From a virus: a stretch of 64,000 nt of DNA. Below the pieces are notes generated by a model. It searched no databases, was not told where the DNA came from, and was given only the letters and a program-made list of their open reading frames with translations. The translations under genes and the position numbers were made by a program. The stretch is from positions 1 to 64,000 of IMG/VR virus record IMGVR_UViG_3300020152_000021, one strand, 5' to 3'. Positions 37,242 to 47,478 of the stretch are shown here, piece after piece (position 1 is the stretch's first letter; each line of letters begins with the position of its first letter).

Positions 37242-40145
37242 TTACGTCTTAATAAAATAGAATTCCGAAGTAGATTCAGAAGTACTAAAATCAGGAAGTC
37301 TGAAATTGTTGGTTTTATCTATAGCAATTATAGCTCCGTTATAGTAAGGAGAATAGTCATTTAAACTACCACTAAACGAAGCAAAACGTATAGTGGAAAC
37401 AAAACTACCAATCTCTCCACCTAACGTATATATTTTACTGCTTGTAGCTATTACCTGTGAATGTGCTATAAACCCTGTTGCGCCAGTAGCTTGACTCCAC
37501 GTACCTAAAGTACCGTCAGCGTTGATAGGAGCACTAAATACATCACCGGTATAAGAACCTCCGGCAAAGCCACCTATCAAGTATACACGCTTTCTCGTCA
37601 CCACAGACTGAGAGAAAACATGATGTACCGGTAGACTAGTGCCTGTTGTCCAAGCACCTAAAGTTCCATCAGCGTTAATAGGAGCAGTGTGAACAGTATC
37701 TCTATAGATACCATTTACTTCACCACCCAACAAATACACTCTATTTTTAGTGACCACAATTTGAGCAGCTCTTATAACCGCTGGTAAAGAGCCAGCTCCA
37801 TTCCAAGTACCCAACGTACCATCAGCATTAATCGGTGCCGTATATATAGAAGAAGAGTTAGAGCCAGAGTTAGTTTGTCCACCCATTATATATACACGAT
37901 TCTTAGTAACGATAGCATGGCTTTGCATTAAAGTAGAAGGCAAACCAGTGGCGGTCGTCCAAGTACCCAACGTACCATCAGCATTAATCGGCGCGGTATA
38001 AACGGTAGAAACTACATTTGTATTATTATGTCCACCTAAGAGGTAAACACGATTCTTAGTAACGATAGCTTGAGAATGACCCAGTTTATCTGGCAAAGGT
38101 GAACTTGATGTCCAAGCACCTAACGTACCATCATCGTTAATAGGAGCAGTGTACACGTTAGCAGACCAGTTACTATCAACTTGACCGCCCATTATATATA
38201 CTCTATTTTTCGTCACAATTGCTTGTGCGTAACCTATAGTAGCTGGTAGATTTCCGTGAGTATTCCAACCAGTTAAAGTACCATCTTGCGTAGTGTTAAT
38301 ATCATATTGTTGCCGCCATGGTTGCCCATTACCTGGTTGAATATCGAATTGGGTATCCCTATAACTATCTTGTATAATTATAGACCCAGAAATATTAGAT
38401 CCATCGAACTTATTGATCGTTCCATTATAGAAATTAGAGTAATCATTTACACCACCAGAAAAAGATGCTGTATAGACAGAATTCCTAGGTCCTGTATTAT
38501 AATCAGATCCTCCTAGCAAATATATACGGTTTTTCGTAACAATTGTGTGTAGATCTGATACATATATAGGTAAATTAGTAGCAGTGGTCCACGCACCTAA
38601 AGTGCCATCAGTATTGATGGGCGCTGTGTAAACAGTTCTAACATAATTACCACTTGCTATCCATCCTGAGAATATGAATACACGGTTTTTAGTAATGACA
38701 GATTGCGCGTGACGCATTGGTCCTGGTAAGGAACTGCCAACTGTCCATGTTCCAATAGTACCATCGCTATTAATAGGGGCGGTATAAACTGTTGAGATTG
38801 CGTCACTAGAAGCATTATTACCACCTAACAGATAGACTCTATTTTTAGTAACGATAGCTTGGGAAAGAGATAATTTCTCTGGCAAGGATGTAGTGGTTGT
38901 CCAAGCACCAAGAGTACCATCGGAGTTAATCGGAGCAACATGTACCGTATTAATAGGTCCTCCGCTAGTATATCCTCCTAATAAATATACTTTATTTTTA
39001 GTCACTACAGTTTGCGGATACACTAAAGTCATAGGTAACGACGTAGTGGTAGTCCAAGCACCTAACGTGCCATCAGTATTGATAGGAGCAGTGTATACTG
39101 TAGATGAGTTTGTTCCGTTAACCACACCGCCTAATAAGTATACACGATTTTTAGTAACTACAACTTGTGCGGCATATATAGTCTCTGGTAACGCCGTGCT
39201 AGTCGTCCATGTACCAAGAGTACCGTCAGCATTAATAGGCGCAGTATATACAGTGCTTAAATAATTACCACCACCTGTACTCCATCCACCTACTAAATAA
39301 GCACGATTATTAGTTACAAAAGCCATTCCGTCAGAAATCGCCATTGGTAGAGCAGTTGCAGATGTCCAATCAGTTATATCGGCATTTTGATTACTATTAA
39401 AGTCGTATTGTTGACGCCACGGTTGACCTGCTCCCATTACTGCGTAACTAGTGTAATCTAAAGTCTGTTTAGTGATATAAGGACTAGCAATGGTCTCATA
39501 TAAAGCACTATACGTTGCTTTACTGATTTCACCGCCGTTACAACGTAAGAAACCAGCAGGAGTCGTGTTAGTCGGTCTACGAATAATAGCACCAGTAGTT
39601 ACACTAACACCATTGTTGTTTAATGCGTCCACATACTGTTTATTAGCGGCGTGTAAATTGGCAGTAGGATCGTTATTTAACGTTAATGTACCGTCTACAG
39701 TACCACCATTAACACTTAAACCGTTCGTAATACCGTAACCAGCAATAGTAGTAGGTTTATTCGAGGAGATTTTATTCCAATTAAACGGCGGAATATCGTC
39801 GTTAGTAAGAGCACCACCGTTAAGAACACGACCTTTGGAATCGGTAGTGATCTTTGTATAAGTACCAGCAATAACGCCAGTGTTATTCAGAACAAAGTTA
39901 CCTGCACCGGTCGCGCTACTCACGTCACCAGTAAAAGCAGGTAATCTGCCAATCGGAATAGTACCCGTTTTAATATTAGCAGCGTTTAAAGAATTGACGG
40001 CACTGTCGACATATTGTTTTGGTGCGGCTTCCAACGGGCCAGTAGGATTACCAGCTAAAACAAGAGGACCGGTAAGTGTTGCGCTTAGTCCTTGGTCAAA
40101 CGCACTCGGTTTGGTACCAGACTGACTAAAGAAATTGACTCTCAT
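37242..40145 (-). CDS. Tail fibre/collar protein with two six-bladed Kelch-like propellers
   Basis: Fibre N-terminus, collar motif GFLRCNGG..S...YSALY ... FRLPDF split by 12 repeats of ~51-52 aa (VTKNRVYLLGG...VYTAPINADGTLGAW). Confidence 0.8.
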   Translation of the reverse strand: MRVNFFSQSGTKPSAFDQGLSATLTGPLVLAGNPTGPLEAAPKQYVDSAVNSLNAANIKTGTIPIGRLPAFTGDVSSATGAGNFVLNNTGVIAGTYTKITTDSKGRVLNGGALTNDDIPPFNWNKISSNKPTTIAGYGITNGLSVNGGTVDGTLTLNNDPTANLHAANKQYVDALNNNGVSVTTGAIIRRPTNTTPAGFLRCNGGEISKATYSALYETIASPYITKQTLDYTSYAVMGAGQPWRQQYDFNSNQNADITDWTSATALPMAISDGMAFVTNNRAYLVGGWSTGGGNYLSTVYTAPINADGTLGTWTTSTALPETIYAAQVVVTKNRVYLLGGVVNGTNSSTVYTAPINTDGTLGAWTTTTSLPMTLVYPQTVVTKNKVYLLGGYTSGGPINTVHVAPINSDGTLGAWTTTTSLPEKLSLSQAIVTKNRVYLLGGNNASSDAISTVYTAPINSDGTIGTWTVGSSLPGPMRHAQSVITKNRVFIFSGWIASGNYVRTVYTAPINTDGTLGAWTTATNLPIYVSDLHTIVTKNRIYLLGGSDYNTGPRNSVYTASFSGGVNDYSNFYNGTINKFDGSNISGSIIIQDSYRDTQFDIQPGNGQPWRQQYDINTTQDGTLTGWNTHGNLPATIGYAQAIVTKNRVYIMGGQVDSNWSANVYTAPINDDGTLGAWTSSSPLPDKLGHSQAIVTKNRVYLLGGHNNTNVVSTVYTAPINADGTLGTWTTATGLPSTLMQSHAIVTKNRVYIMGGQTNSGSNSSSIYTAPINADGTLGTWNGAGSLPAVIRAAQIVVTKNRVYLLGGEVNGIYRDTVHTAPINADGTLGAWTTGTSLPVHHVFSQSVVTRKRVYLIGGFAGGSYTGDVFSAPINADGTLGTWSQATGATGFIAHSQVIATSSKIYTLGGEIGSFVSTIRFASFSGSLNDYSPYYNGAIIAIDKTNNFRLPDFSTSESTSEFYFIKT

Positions 40146-40220
40146 ATTAAACTCCTTTTTGACTATAGGCTGAAACTCACAGGATGACGTGGTTATAAAC
40201 TCGCTTAACGAAAATAAAAA

Positions 40221-40243
40221 TCCGAGAGGAATTACCTCTCGGA
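40221..40243 (-). terminator. Intrinsic terminator
   Basis: TCCGAGAGG/CCTCTCGGA stem with T tract on the minus strand. Confidence 0.75.
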
Positions 40244-40256
40244 CTTATTCTTTAAT

Positions 40257-42020
40257 TTAGTATTTAACAAAATAATACAATCCATTAACTTCGTTGGATG
40301 TAAAATCTGGTAATTTGAAGTTAGCCGGATCAGTGGTGGTTATTGTGCCGTTATAATACGGAGAATAATCATTTAATCCGCCAGAAAAAGATGCAGAATA
40401 TATAACACCAGTCCAACTTGTAGCGTGATGACCGCCTAATAAATAAATCTTACTATTAGTTACTATGACTTGTGAATTTCTCAATACATCTGGCAATGAA
40501 GTGCCAGTGGTCCAAGAACCAAATGTTCCATCAGCATTGATAGACGCCGTATAAACAGTAGATATAGTTCCGCCGTTATTATAACCACCTAATAAATACA
40601 CTTTATTTTTAGTGACCACTACCTGCGAATAAGATAATGTCACGGGTAAAACACTCCCAGCAACACTCCAAGAACCTATTACTCCATCATCGAAAATTGG
40701 AGCAGTGTAAATAGCATCTAGCTCAGTAGAATCACTATAACCTCCAATTACATATACCCTATTTTTAGTAACCACAACTTGAGAGTGAGCTATATTGATA
40801 GGGAATGAGGCCGTAGTCGACCATACACCTAACGTACCATCCGAATTAATAACTGCGGTGTAAATAGCAGAAGAAAAAGCACCATTGTTATAACCACCGA
40901 TGAGATAAATTCTATTTTTTGTAATGATAGCGTTTGAATGTGCCACCTGAACTGGTAAAGTATTTTCTATACTCCACTCACCTATCGTACCGTCAACGTT
41001 AATAGTGGCGGTGTAAATTTTATTAACACTAGTGCCGGACAATAAATAGACTCTGTTTTTTGTGACGATCGCTTGAGCATTACTAATGGCTTCTGGTAAA
41101 GGAGTACCGGTAGTCCAGCTACCTATTACACCATTAGTATCGATTGGCGCAGTATATACTGTCGTTAAATAACCATTTTGATTATAACCACCTAACAGAT
41201 AGACTCTACTGTTAGTAACGAATGACTGAGCCCATCCAAAACCAGCGGGTAAATTTCCGGAAATAGACCAATCGTTAATATCAGTACTTTGCTGTGTATT
41301 GATATCATATTGTTGACGCCACGGTTGACCAGAACCGATTTGTGATGTCAGAGAATAAGTCTCCCCGATAACATTGTACAGATCGCTATAGGTAATTTTA
41401 TTAACTTCACCACCATTGCAACGTAAGAACCCAGTAGGTGTAAGATTAGTAAATCGTGCTATAAGGTCTCCAGCTACCGCGTTTACTCCGGTGTTCGAAA
41501 CAGAATCAACGTACCCTTTGCTAACTGCATGCAATGTTTGTGTGGGATTACTAGGTAAATTTAGATACCCGGTTAAAGTGTCCCCATCTTTAGCTAATGC
41601 ATCAGTAATACCATAATCAGCAATAGTAGTAGGAAGATTAGCTAGCTTATTCCAATTTAAAGACGGAATATCATCGACCGTTAAATCACCACCACTAGTG
41701 ACTCTTCCTTTACTATCTATAATTACTTTTGTATAAGTTCCGACCGTTACACCAGTGTTATTAAGAGATATCACCCCACTACTTGTGGCTTTAACTACAT
41801 CACCGCTAAACGAAGGAAATCGTTGTTCTGATAAGGTTCCAGTATTAATAGCATTCGCGGATATAGAGGTTATCGCCGTATCGATGTAAGATTTAGTGGC
41901 AGCTTCTAATGGCTGAACAGGATTTCTTACTAAAGTCAAAGAACTGGTAAGAGTGCCGCCTCTCGTACTAAATCCACTACCAGCCGCTTTTAAAGCGTCT
42001 ATCGGTAAACTAAGCTTCAT
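40257..42020 (-). CDS. Tail fibre/collar protein with one six-bladed Kelch-like propeller
   Basis: Paralogue of flanking genes; 6 blades; AAGGAG SD favours ATG 42020 (or 42023) over the track start. Confidence 0.8.
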   Translation of the reverse strand: MKLSLPIDALKAAGSGFSTRGGTLTSSLTLVRNPVQPLEAATKSYIDTAITSISANAINTGTLSEQRFPSFSGDVVKATSSGVISLNNTGVTVGTYTKVIIDSKGRVTSGGDLTVDDIPSLNWNKLANLPTTIADYGITDALAKDGDTLTGYLNLPSNPTQTLHAVSKGYVDSVSNTGVNAVAGDLIARFTNLTPTGFLRCNGGEVNKITYSDLYNVIGETYSLTSQIGSGQPWRQQYDINTQQSTDINDWSISGNLPAGFGWAQSFVTNSRVYLLGGYNQNGYLTTVYTAPIDTNGVIGSWTTGTPLPEAISNAQAIVTKNRVYLLSGTSVNKIYTATINVDGTIGEWSIENTLPVQVAHSNAIITKNRIYLIGGYNNGAFSSAIYTAVINSDGTLGVWSTTASFPINIAHSQVVVTKNRVYVIGGYSDSTELDAIYTAPIFDDGVIGSWSVAGSVLPVTLSYSQVVVTKNKVYLLGGYNNGGTISTVYTASINADGTFGSWTTGTSLPDVLRNSQVIVTNSKIYLLGGHHATSWTGVIYSASFSGGLNDYSPYYNGTITTTDPANFKLPDFTSNEVNGLYYFVKY

Positions 42021-42084
42021 CATTAAACTCCTTTTGTAATATTTCAAGTCACAGAATGACTAATACTATCTGTAAAGAATAGCT

Positions 42085-42118
42085 AACATAAGAACAGAGT
42101 TATCTCTGTTCTTATGTT
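42085..42118 (-). terminator. Terminator hairpin
   Basis: 15-bp stem AACATAAGAACAGAG-ttat-CTCTGTTCTTATGTT. Confidence 0.75.
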
Positions 42119-42128
42119 TTATAGCTAA

Positions 42129-43913
42129 TTAGTATTTAATAAAATACGGCATTCCATTTGCTTCTTTAGACGTAAAGTCTGGTAATCTAAAATTACTAGG
42201 ATCACTTGCAAGAATTAAATTTTCGTAATACGGAGAATAGTCATTTAAACCACCAGAGACAGGCGCGACATATACCGTCAAACTGTATCCCGAGCTTCCG
42301 TCGCCACCTAATAAATAGATTTTACTATTAGTCACTATAGCTTGTGAATTACTTAAAATACCTGGCAACGAAGTGCCAGCGACCCAAGAACCCAATGTTC
42401 CATCAGCATTGATAGATGCCATATAAACAGTGGATATAGATCCAGTGCTTGGATTAGCGTTCCAGGCCCCTAACAAATAGACGCGGTTCTTAGTGACTAT
42501 CACACTGGAACTCGCCATAGGTTCAGGTAATGACGTGCCTGTAGTCCATGTCCCCAATGTACCGTCATCGTTAATTATAGCAGTGTATACGGTGGAAACA
42601 ACGCCACTACTAGTGCGCCCACCTAATAAATAGACTCTGCTTTTTGTGACAACCGCAGTAGAACTAACTAAAACACCGGGTAATGAAGTACCAACACTCC
42701 ATGCACCTAAGGTACCATCCGTGTTAATCGGAGCGGTATAAACAGTGGAAGAATTAACTCCATTAACATTTCCACCTAGTAAGTATACCCGGTTATAAGT
42801 TACGATCGCTTGAGAATATAAAACCGATGCCGGTAGAGATGTACCAGTCGTCCAAGAACCTAAGGTACCATCAGTATTAATCGGAGCAGTGTAAACATTA
42901 GTATTGTATGTGCCATTTATAGAACCGCCTATTAAATAGACTCTGTTCTTAGTTACGATAGCTTGGTGTTGATTTATAGGAGCAAGTAACGATGTAGTGG
43001 TAGTCCAAGCGCCTAGCGTCCCATCTGCGTTAATAGGCGCGGTATGAACTGTTGTTGAAGTAGAAGAACCACCAACATATCCACCTAAGAGATACACGCG
43101 ATTTTTCGTCACTACTGCCTGAGAATAAATTCGAGTTGAAGGCAAAGACGTACCTGTTGTCCATCCAGAAATATCAAAACTTTGCGTAGTATTAAATTGG
43201 TATTGCTGACGCCACGGTTGTCCTGAACCTTTTATATTTCCATACCAATATACATCTCCTACTACAGCGTACAAAGCACTGTAAGTGGTTTTGCTTAACT
43301 CACCGCCATTACAACGTAAGAATCCACTAGGAGTGATAGTCGATGGTCTTGTCACTAAATCCCCTACAGCATAAGCACTGGCAGCGCTAGCCTTATTATC
43401 TACATACTGCTTATTTGCAGCTTCTAAATTACTAGTAGGAACGTTATTTAAAGTAAGAAAACCCGTTAAAGTATCCCCGCCTTTAGCTAATCCATCAGTG
43501 ATACCATAACCACTTAAGGTAGTCGGTTTACCACTGGTAATTTTACTCCAGCTTAAATTAGGAATATCCGTGTTGGTAATATTACCACCAGAGGTTACTC
43601 TGCCTTTACTGTTAACAGTAGGTTTAGTATAAGTATTAGCAGCTATACCGGTTGTGTTTAAACTGATACTACCACTACCAGCTTCGCTAGTAATATCACC
43701 GGTTAATGCAGGAAATCTTGCTACGTCTAAAGTACCAGTTTTAACATTAGTTGCTAAGATGTTAGTAACACCGGTGTCGATATACTGTTTAGTAGTAGCT
43801 TCTAATACTGCTTGAGGGTCTCTAGATAATATAAGCTGTCCTACTATCTGACCACCTAAACTGGTGAACCCGCCTTCTGAATAAGCGTCGTTTTTATGAA
43901 GATTAATTCTCAT
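42129..43913 (-). CDS. Tail fibre/collar protein with one six-bladed Kelch-like propeller
   Basis: Same architecture, 6 blades, C-terminal FRLPDF...YFIKY. Confidence 0.8.
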   Translation of the reverse strand: MRINLHKNDAYSEGGFTSLGGQIVGQLILSRDPQAVLEATTKQYIDTGVTNILATNVKTGTLDVARFPALTGDITSEAGSGSISLNTTGIAANTYTKPTVNSKGRVTSGGNITNTDIPNLSWSKITSGKPTTLSGYGITDGLAKGGDTLTGFLTLNNVPTSNLEAANKQYVDNKASAASAYAVGDLVTRPSTITPSGFLRCNGGELSKTTYSALYAVVGDVYWYGNIKGSGQPWRQQYQFNTTQSFDISGWTTGTSLPSTRIYSQAVVTKNRVYLLGGYVGGSSTSTTVHTAPINADGTLGAWTTTTSLLAPINQHQAIVTKNRVYLIGGSINGTYNTNVYTAPINTDGTLGSWTTGTSLPASVLYSQAIVTYNRVYLLGGNVNGVNSSTVYTAPINTDGTLGAWSVGTSLPGVLVSSTAVVTKSRVYLLGGRTSSGVVSTVYTAIINDDGTLGTWTTGTSLPEPMASSSVIVTKNRVYLLGAWNANPSTGSISTVYMASINADGTLGSWVAGTSLPGILSNSQAIVTNSKIYLLGGDGSSGYSLTVYVAPVSGGLNDYSPYYENLILASDPSNFRLPDFTSKEANGMPYFIKY

Positions 43914-43915
43914 AC

Positions 43916-43951
43916 TAAACTCCTTTTGTAATATTTCAAATCACAGAATGA
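43916..43951 (-). promoter_or_regulatory. Duplicated 36-nt leader (class-2 motif + SD)
   Basis: TAAACTCCTTTTGTAATATTTCAA[A/G]TCACAGAATGA also at 42024-42059, one mismatch. Confidence 0.7.
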
Positions 43952-44030
43952 AACTATTAGAAGAGCTTGGTATTTTTAAAAAACACTCAAGTTGGAATTC
44001 TCTGGTCCTTTAGAAAAAGAAATTTTCTAT

Positions 44031-45155
44031 ATGAAATATTTAGTCACTTCAGATGTGCATTTAGGACATCTAAAAACACCAACGAAACACATTATCAATT
44101 CTTTTAAGAAACATATCTTAAACGAACAAAATACTGATATTGATGTTCTTTTTATATCTGGAGATTTGTTTGATCGCTTATTAGATCTTAATTCTAAAGA
44201 AGTACAAGAGATTATTGAGTTCTTCAATCATCTTCTTACTTATTGTATTATCTATGACATTATGATCCGAGTGTTAGAAGGCACTCCTAGTCATGATTGG
44301 CAACAGTCGCAAATTTTGGTTAAATTAAACGATATCCGAGTACACAAAGCAGATCTGAAATACTTCAAGATACTGGATATTGAATATAACGAGCGTATTA
44401 AGAAACATATCCTCTATATTCCGGATGAATGGTCGAATGATCACGCGGATATAGAAAAGCAAATTAAAGCTAAACTACATGAGCATTGTATTACTCAAGT
44501 AGATATTGCAATTCTTCACGGTCAATTTAAATACCAATTTGCTGGTAAACCTTACCACGGTTTCTTTTACAAGGAAGATTATTTCCTTGAATTAGTGAGA
44601 GGGTTTATTCATATCGGTCATTATCATATCTATAATCCTTTCGATCGGATTTTACCTAATGGAAGTTTAGAACGTCTAGCGCATGGCGAAGAAGCTGCTA
44701 AAGGTTTTATTATTGTCAATGATGACAGTTATACTTTTATTGAAAACACTTCTGCTTTTATTTACAAGACGATTAATATAACTGCTGCTACTACTTTAGA
44801 GCGGTTAGATAAACACATCGTTAAATATCCACCTGGCAGCCACATCCGACTGTTATTAAGTAAAGACCATCCGTTTTATATAACGTTTGGTGAGCTTAAG
44901 CTCAGGTATATAGATTACAATGTTAAGAAAATTACCAAAGAGAATATATCGGAATCCTCTTCAGTTACATATATTCTATCTGATAATGAATTAGAGTTTA
45001 ATGATAAGTTTGTGTTAGAAGCAAACATCCATAGTACGTTAGTTGATATCATCACTAATAAACACACTCTCAATTCAATAGAAAATACGAAACTGTTAAA
45101 CTATATTTCGATATTCAAAGAGGTAAACTCCAATGAATCCAATTCTCTCGAATAG
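44031..45155 (+). CDS. sbcD: SbcD/Mre11-like metallophosphoesterase nuclease (phiKZ gp65-like)
   Basis: SDVHLG, SGDLFD, LEGTPSHD, LHG, IGHYH, GSLER motifs. Confidence 0.88.
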   Translation: MKYLVTSDVHLGHLKTPTKHIINSFKKHILNEQNTDIDVLFISGDLFDRLLDLNSKEVQEIIEFFNHLLTYCIIYDIMIRVLEGTPSHDWQQSQILVKLNDIRVHKADLKYFKILDIEYNERIKKHILYIPDEWSNDHADIEKQIKAKLHEHCITQVDIAILHGQFKYQFAGKPYHGFFYKEDYFLELVRGFIHIGHYHIYNPFDRILPNGSLERLAHGEEAAKGFIIVNDDSYTFIENTSAFIYKTINITAATTLERLDKHIVKYPPGSHIRLLLSKDHPFYITFGELKLRYIDYNVKKITKENISESSSVTYILSDNELEFNDKFVLEANIHSTLVDIITNKHTLNSIENTKLLNYISIFKEVNSNESNSLE

Positions 45156-45942
45156 AACACAGTCAGGCTTTCCTGTTTCAATTGGAACAGGTTTAAGTCT
45201 TGAGACATTATTTACACCGATTCAAGATGTATATGACGATACACGACAGGTGAATAATCTTCCTGACCTGTCGGTGTATTCCGTGTATATCTTTAACATC
45301 TCTACGTTACTTCGTAACTTAATTAACGCGGTAAGTTTTAAAGATCTCGTGGTTATTCCGACGAAAGATATCCTTGAAGCCTTGTTAGAAGAGATTGATT
45401 TTCTCACTAACTACTTCACTGCTAATAACATCAATATTAAGTTCTATATTAATAGTTACGATTTTGTAAAGAACACTTATAAAGAAGGTGATAAGTTACG
45501 TAAGTCGACGACCGACAAACAACTTTTCACTGACAATATCTATTCCTATTGTTTAAATAAAATCAAAAAAGAAGATGATGTTCAGTTGTTTACGAAAGAT
45601 ATTCGGTATAACAAAACGGACAGTGGATTAATATTCACCCATGTTCCTTTTGATCTTCTTAGTTATGGAAACTTTATTAAATTAGATCTGTTAGAATCGC
45701 ATACAGGTTTAATTAAAACACGTAAGGATTGGAACACGAAGTATTATCCTATCCCGAATAAAGATATGAGCTTTCTTCCATTCATGGAATATCTTCTCGT
45801 TTGTTTTGGTGATCATGTCATGTTTAAACCTGATCCTATAAATAAGCGTTTAGAGTTGTATGAAGCGATGAAGAAAAAGAACGTGAATCCATTAACCTCA
45901 GAACTTTCATTTAGCTTTATGTTTGGTGGAAACAAACCTTAA
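45133..45942 (+). CDS. Conserved core protein (positionally phiKZ gp66-like)
   Basis: Overlaps sbcD end; PVSIGT, TLLRN, LLESHTG, FGD motifs. Confidence 0.65.
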   Translation: MNPILSNRTQSGFPVSIGTGLSLETLFTPIQDVYDDTRQVNNLPDLSVYSVYIFNISTLLRNLINAVSFKDLVVIPTKDILEALLEEIDFLTNYFTANNINIKFYINSYDFVKNTYKEGDKLRKSTTDKQLFTDNIYSYCLNKIKKEDDVQLFTKDIRYNKTDSGLIFTHVPFDLLSYGNFIKLDLLESHTGLIKTRKDWNTKYYPIPNKDMSFLPFMEYLLVCFGDHVMFKPDPINKRLELYEAMKKKNVNPLTSELSFSFMFGGNKP

Positions 45943-45953
45943 TGTAAAAGTAA

Positions 45954-45987
45954 AGTATCCACCAGAGGAAAACCTCTGGTGGATACT
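45954..45987. terminator. Bidirectional terminator
   Basis: 15-bp stem AGTATCCACCAGAGG-aaaa-CCTCTGGTGGATACT. Confidence 0.88.
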
Positions 45988-45993
45988 ATTTAA

Positions 45994-46542
45994 TTAGAAC
46001 TGACTGGGAACAGCAGGAATGTCGATCAGTGCCAGTGCTGCGTCGTCCTCAGCAGCAAGGATTTGTTCACGCAGCGAATTCATTTCAAAGAAACGATTAC
46101 TAAACGCCACTTGAACAGCATTCACAATTGCTTTCAAGTCATCCAGAGTAGCCAGCGGGAAATTGCTATTGTCGTAAGCAATCCATGCCGGAGGCAGATA
46201 ACCATTAGCAGAATTAATAACCAGAGCTTGCGTCAGACGAGCACGAGCAACTTCGTCAGCGTCGAACATTACACCAAGATATTCCACCGGTTGCTCCAGA
46301 TACCAATCACGATACTTCTGAAGTTTCTTCAGTGTATTTTGTACTTTGGTTTCAAAAGAAACAAATTCTTGAGCGATAGGGATTTGTACCCATTCTTTAC
46401 CGACGACAGTAACGTAATGACCTTCTTCGGCTTCCGGACGCGGATCAATAGTGGTATCCGGCGGCAGAATCGGATTACCATTCAGATCCATATCAATATC
46501 GATCTCAACAACGTTACCAGCTACATTACGAAAGGCTTTCAT
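45994..46542 (-). CDS. DUF4376-like tail-fibre-associated/chaperone protein
   Basis: FDADEVARARL, WIAYDNS..L...DL, LREQI.AA pattern; AAGGAG SD before ATG 46542. Confidence 0.65.
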   Translation of the reverse strand: MKAFRNVAGNVVEIDIDMDLNGNPILPPDTTIDPRPEAEEGHYVTVVGKEWVQIPIAQEFVSFETKVQNTLKKLQKYRDWYLEQPVEYLGVMFDADEVARARLTQALVINSANGYLPPAWIAYDNSNFPLATLDDLKAIVNAVQVAFSNRFFEMNSLREQILAAEDDAALALIDIPAVPSQF

Positions 46543-46707
46543 AGTTAACTCCTTTACTAACAAAGATTAATACGGGTTATAAATAGTATTTTTTTACATT
46601 CTACGTCATCAAGTGATTTTTGATTTTCATCTATGTAAAATGTAATCAACTTCACAGAATTCTTTTACAGCTATTGATAAGTACCTTTCTACAGGAGAAT
46701 AAAACAA

Positions 46708-47364
46708 ATGAGTAAACTTCTCAAGAAGTATTACGACGTTTCTAAGCTGGTAATTTGGGGTGAGGGCGGACCTGATGCGGACAATGCAAAAAGACCTCGT
46801 TTAGTCTTTAGCTTTAGAGATGGTAATCCTCGTTTCACGGTTTACACCGGCTTGACTGGTAAAGAAAGTGTTATCGCTTTCCCTTGTGATTATATTCACA
46901 TGACAGCTACGATGAATTTCCTAAAAGATATCATCGCTGGTCCTCCTGGTGAAAAGATTATGGTGGATTCATTAGGACCGGTTTATGAAAATAATAAACC
47001 CACTAATGATAAACAAGTTAAAGCAACTCTTCATGCCGGTAAATCTAAAGAAGGCATTATCTACTTTAGTGTCATTTCTGAGGGTCGTCCTAAGATCGTA
47101 TTTCCGATTAAAACTTCTCCGTTCCATGTCTTCAGAGATAGCAATAAGAACGTTATTCCTGAGAGCATCGTTAGTGCGAAAATGGCACTGGGGATGGTCG
47201 ATTTAATTCTGGATATTATCGGCACCAGTATCGTTAACTATACTAACGAAGAATATTCGAATGGTAAGAAACAAGGTAGTACAGATCCGCAAGGTAACTT
47301 CCAAGCAAAAGAAGCTACCTCTAATAAAGAGCTTATTCAGGATCTAGACGACTTGGCACTCTAA
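46708..47364 (+). CDS. chmC: ChmC-like nucleus-associated nucleic-acid-binding protein (phiKZ gp67 position)
   Basis: 218 aa, beta-rich N-domain with acidic/disordered tail, immediately upstream of the sigma-like gene; synteny-based. Confidence 0.6.
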   Translation: MSKLLKKYYDVSKLVIWGEGGPDADNAKRPRLVFSFRDGNPRFTVYTGLTGKESVIAFPCDYIHMTATMNFLKDIIAGPPGEKIMVDSLGPVYENNKPTNDKQVKATLHAGKSKEGIIYFSVISEGRPKIVFPIKTSPFHVFRDSNKNVIPESIVSAKMALGMVDLILDIIGTSIVNYTNEEYSNGKKQGSTDPQGNFQAKEATSNKELIQDLDDLAL

Positions 47365-47373
47365 TTGAAGAAG

Positions 47374-47412
47374 ACCCTATCGCGTTTTTGCGATAGGGTG
47401 TCTTTCTTTTTT
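47374..47412 (+). terminator. Intrinsic terminator
   Basis: ACCCTATCGC/GCGATAGGGT plus T tract. Confidence 0.8.
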
Positions 47413-47439
47413 AACTGGTTTTGGAACTGGTTATAATTG

Positions 47440-47450
47440 CATATATATTA
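47440..47450 (+). promoter_or_regulatory. Class-1 promoter-like motif CATATATATTA
   Basis: Exact motif 29 nt before ATG 47479. Confidence 0.65.
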
Positions 47451-47478
47451 ACTGTATGTAACCAACAAAGGAGTTAAA

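Noticed and set aside
37242-43913. Diversity-generating retroelement or invertible shufflon explanation for the Kelch array
   Set aside because: No reverse transcriptase or recombinase in the window, no non-coding template repeat with adenine-specific mismatches seen, and all cassettes are co-oriented without inverted crossover sites.
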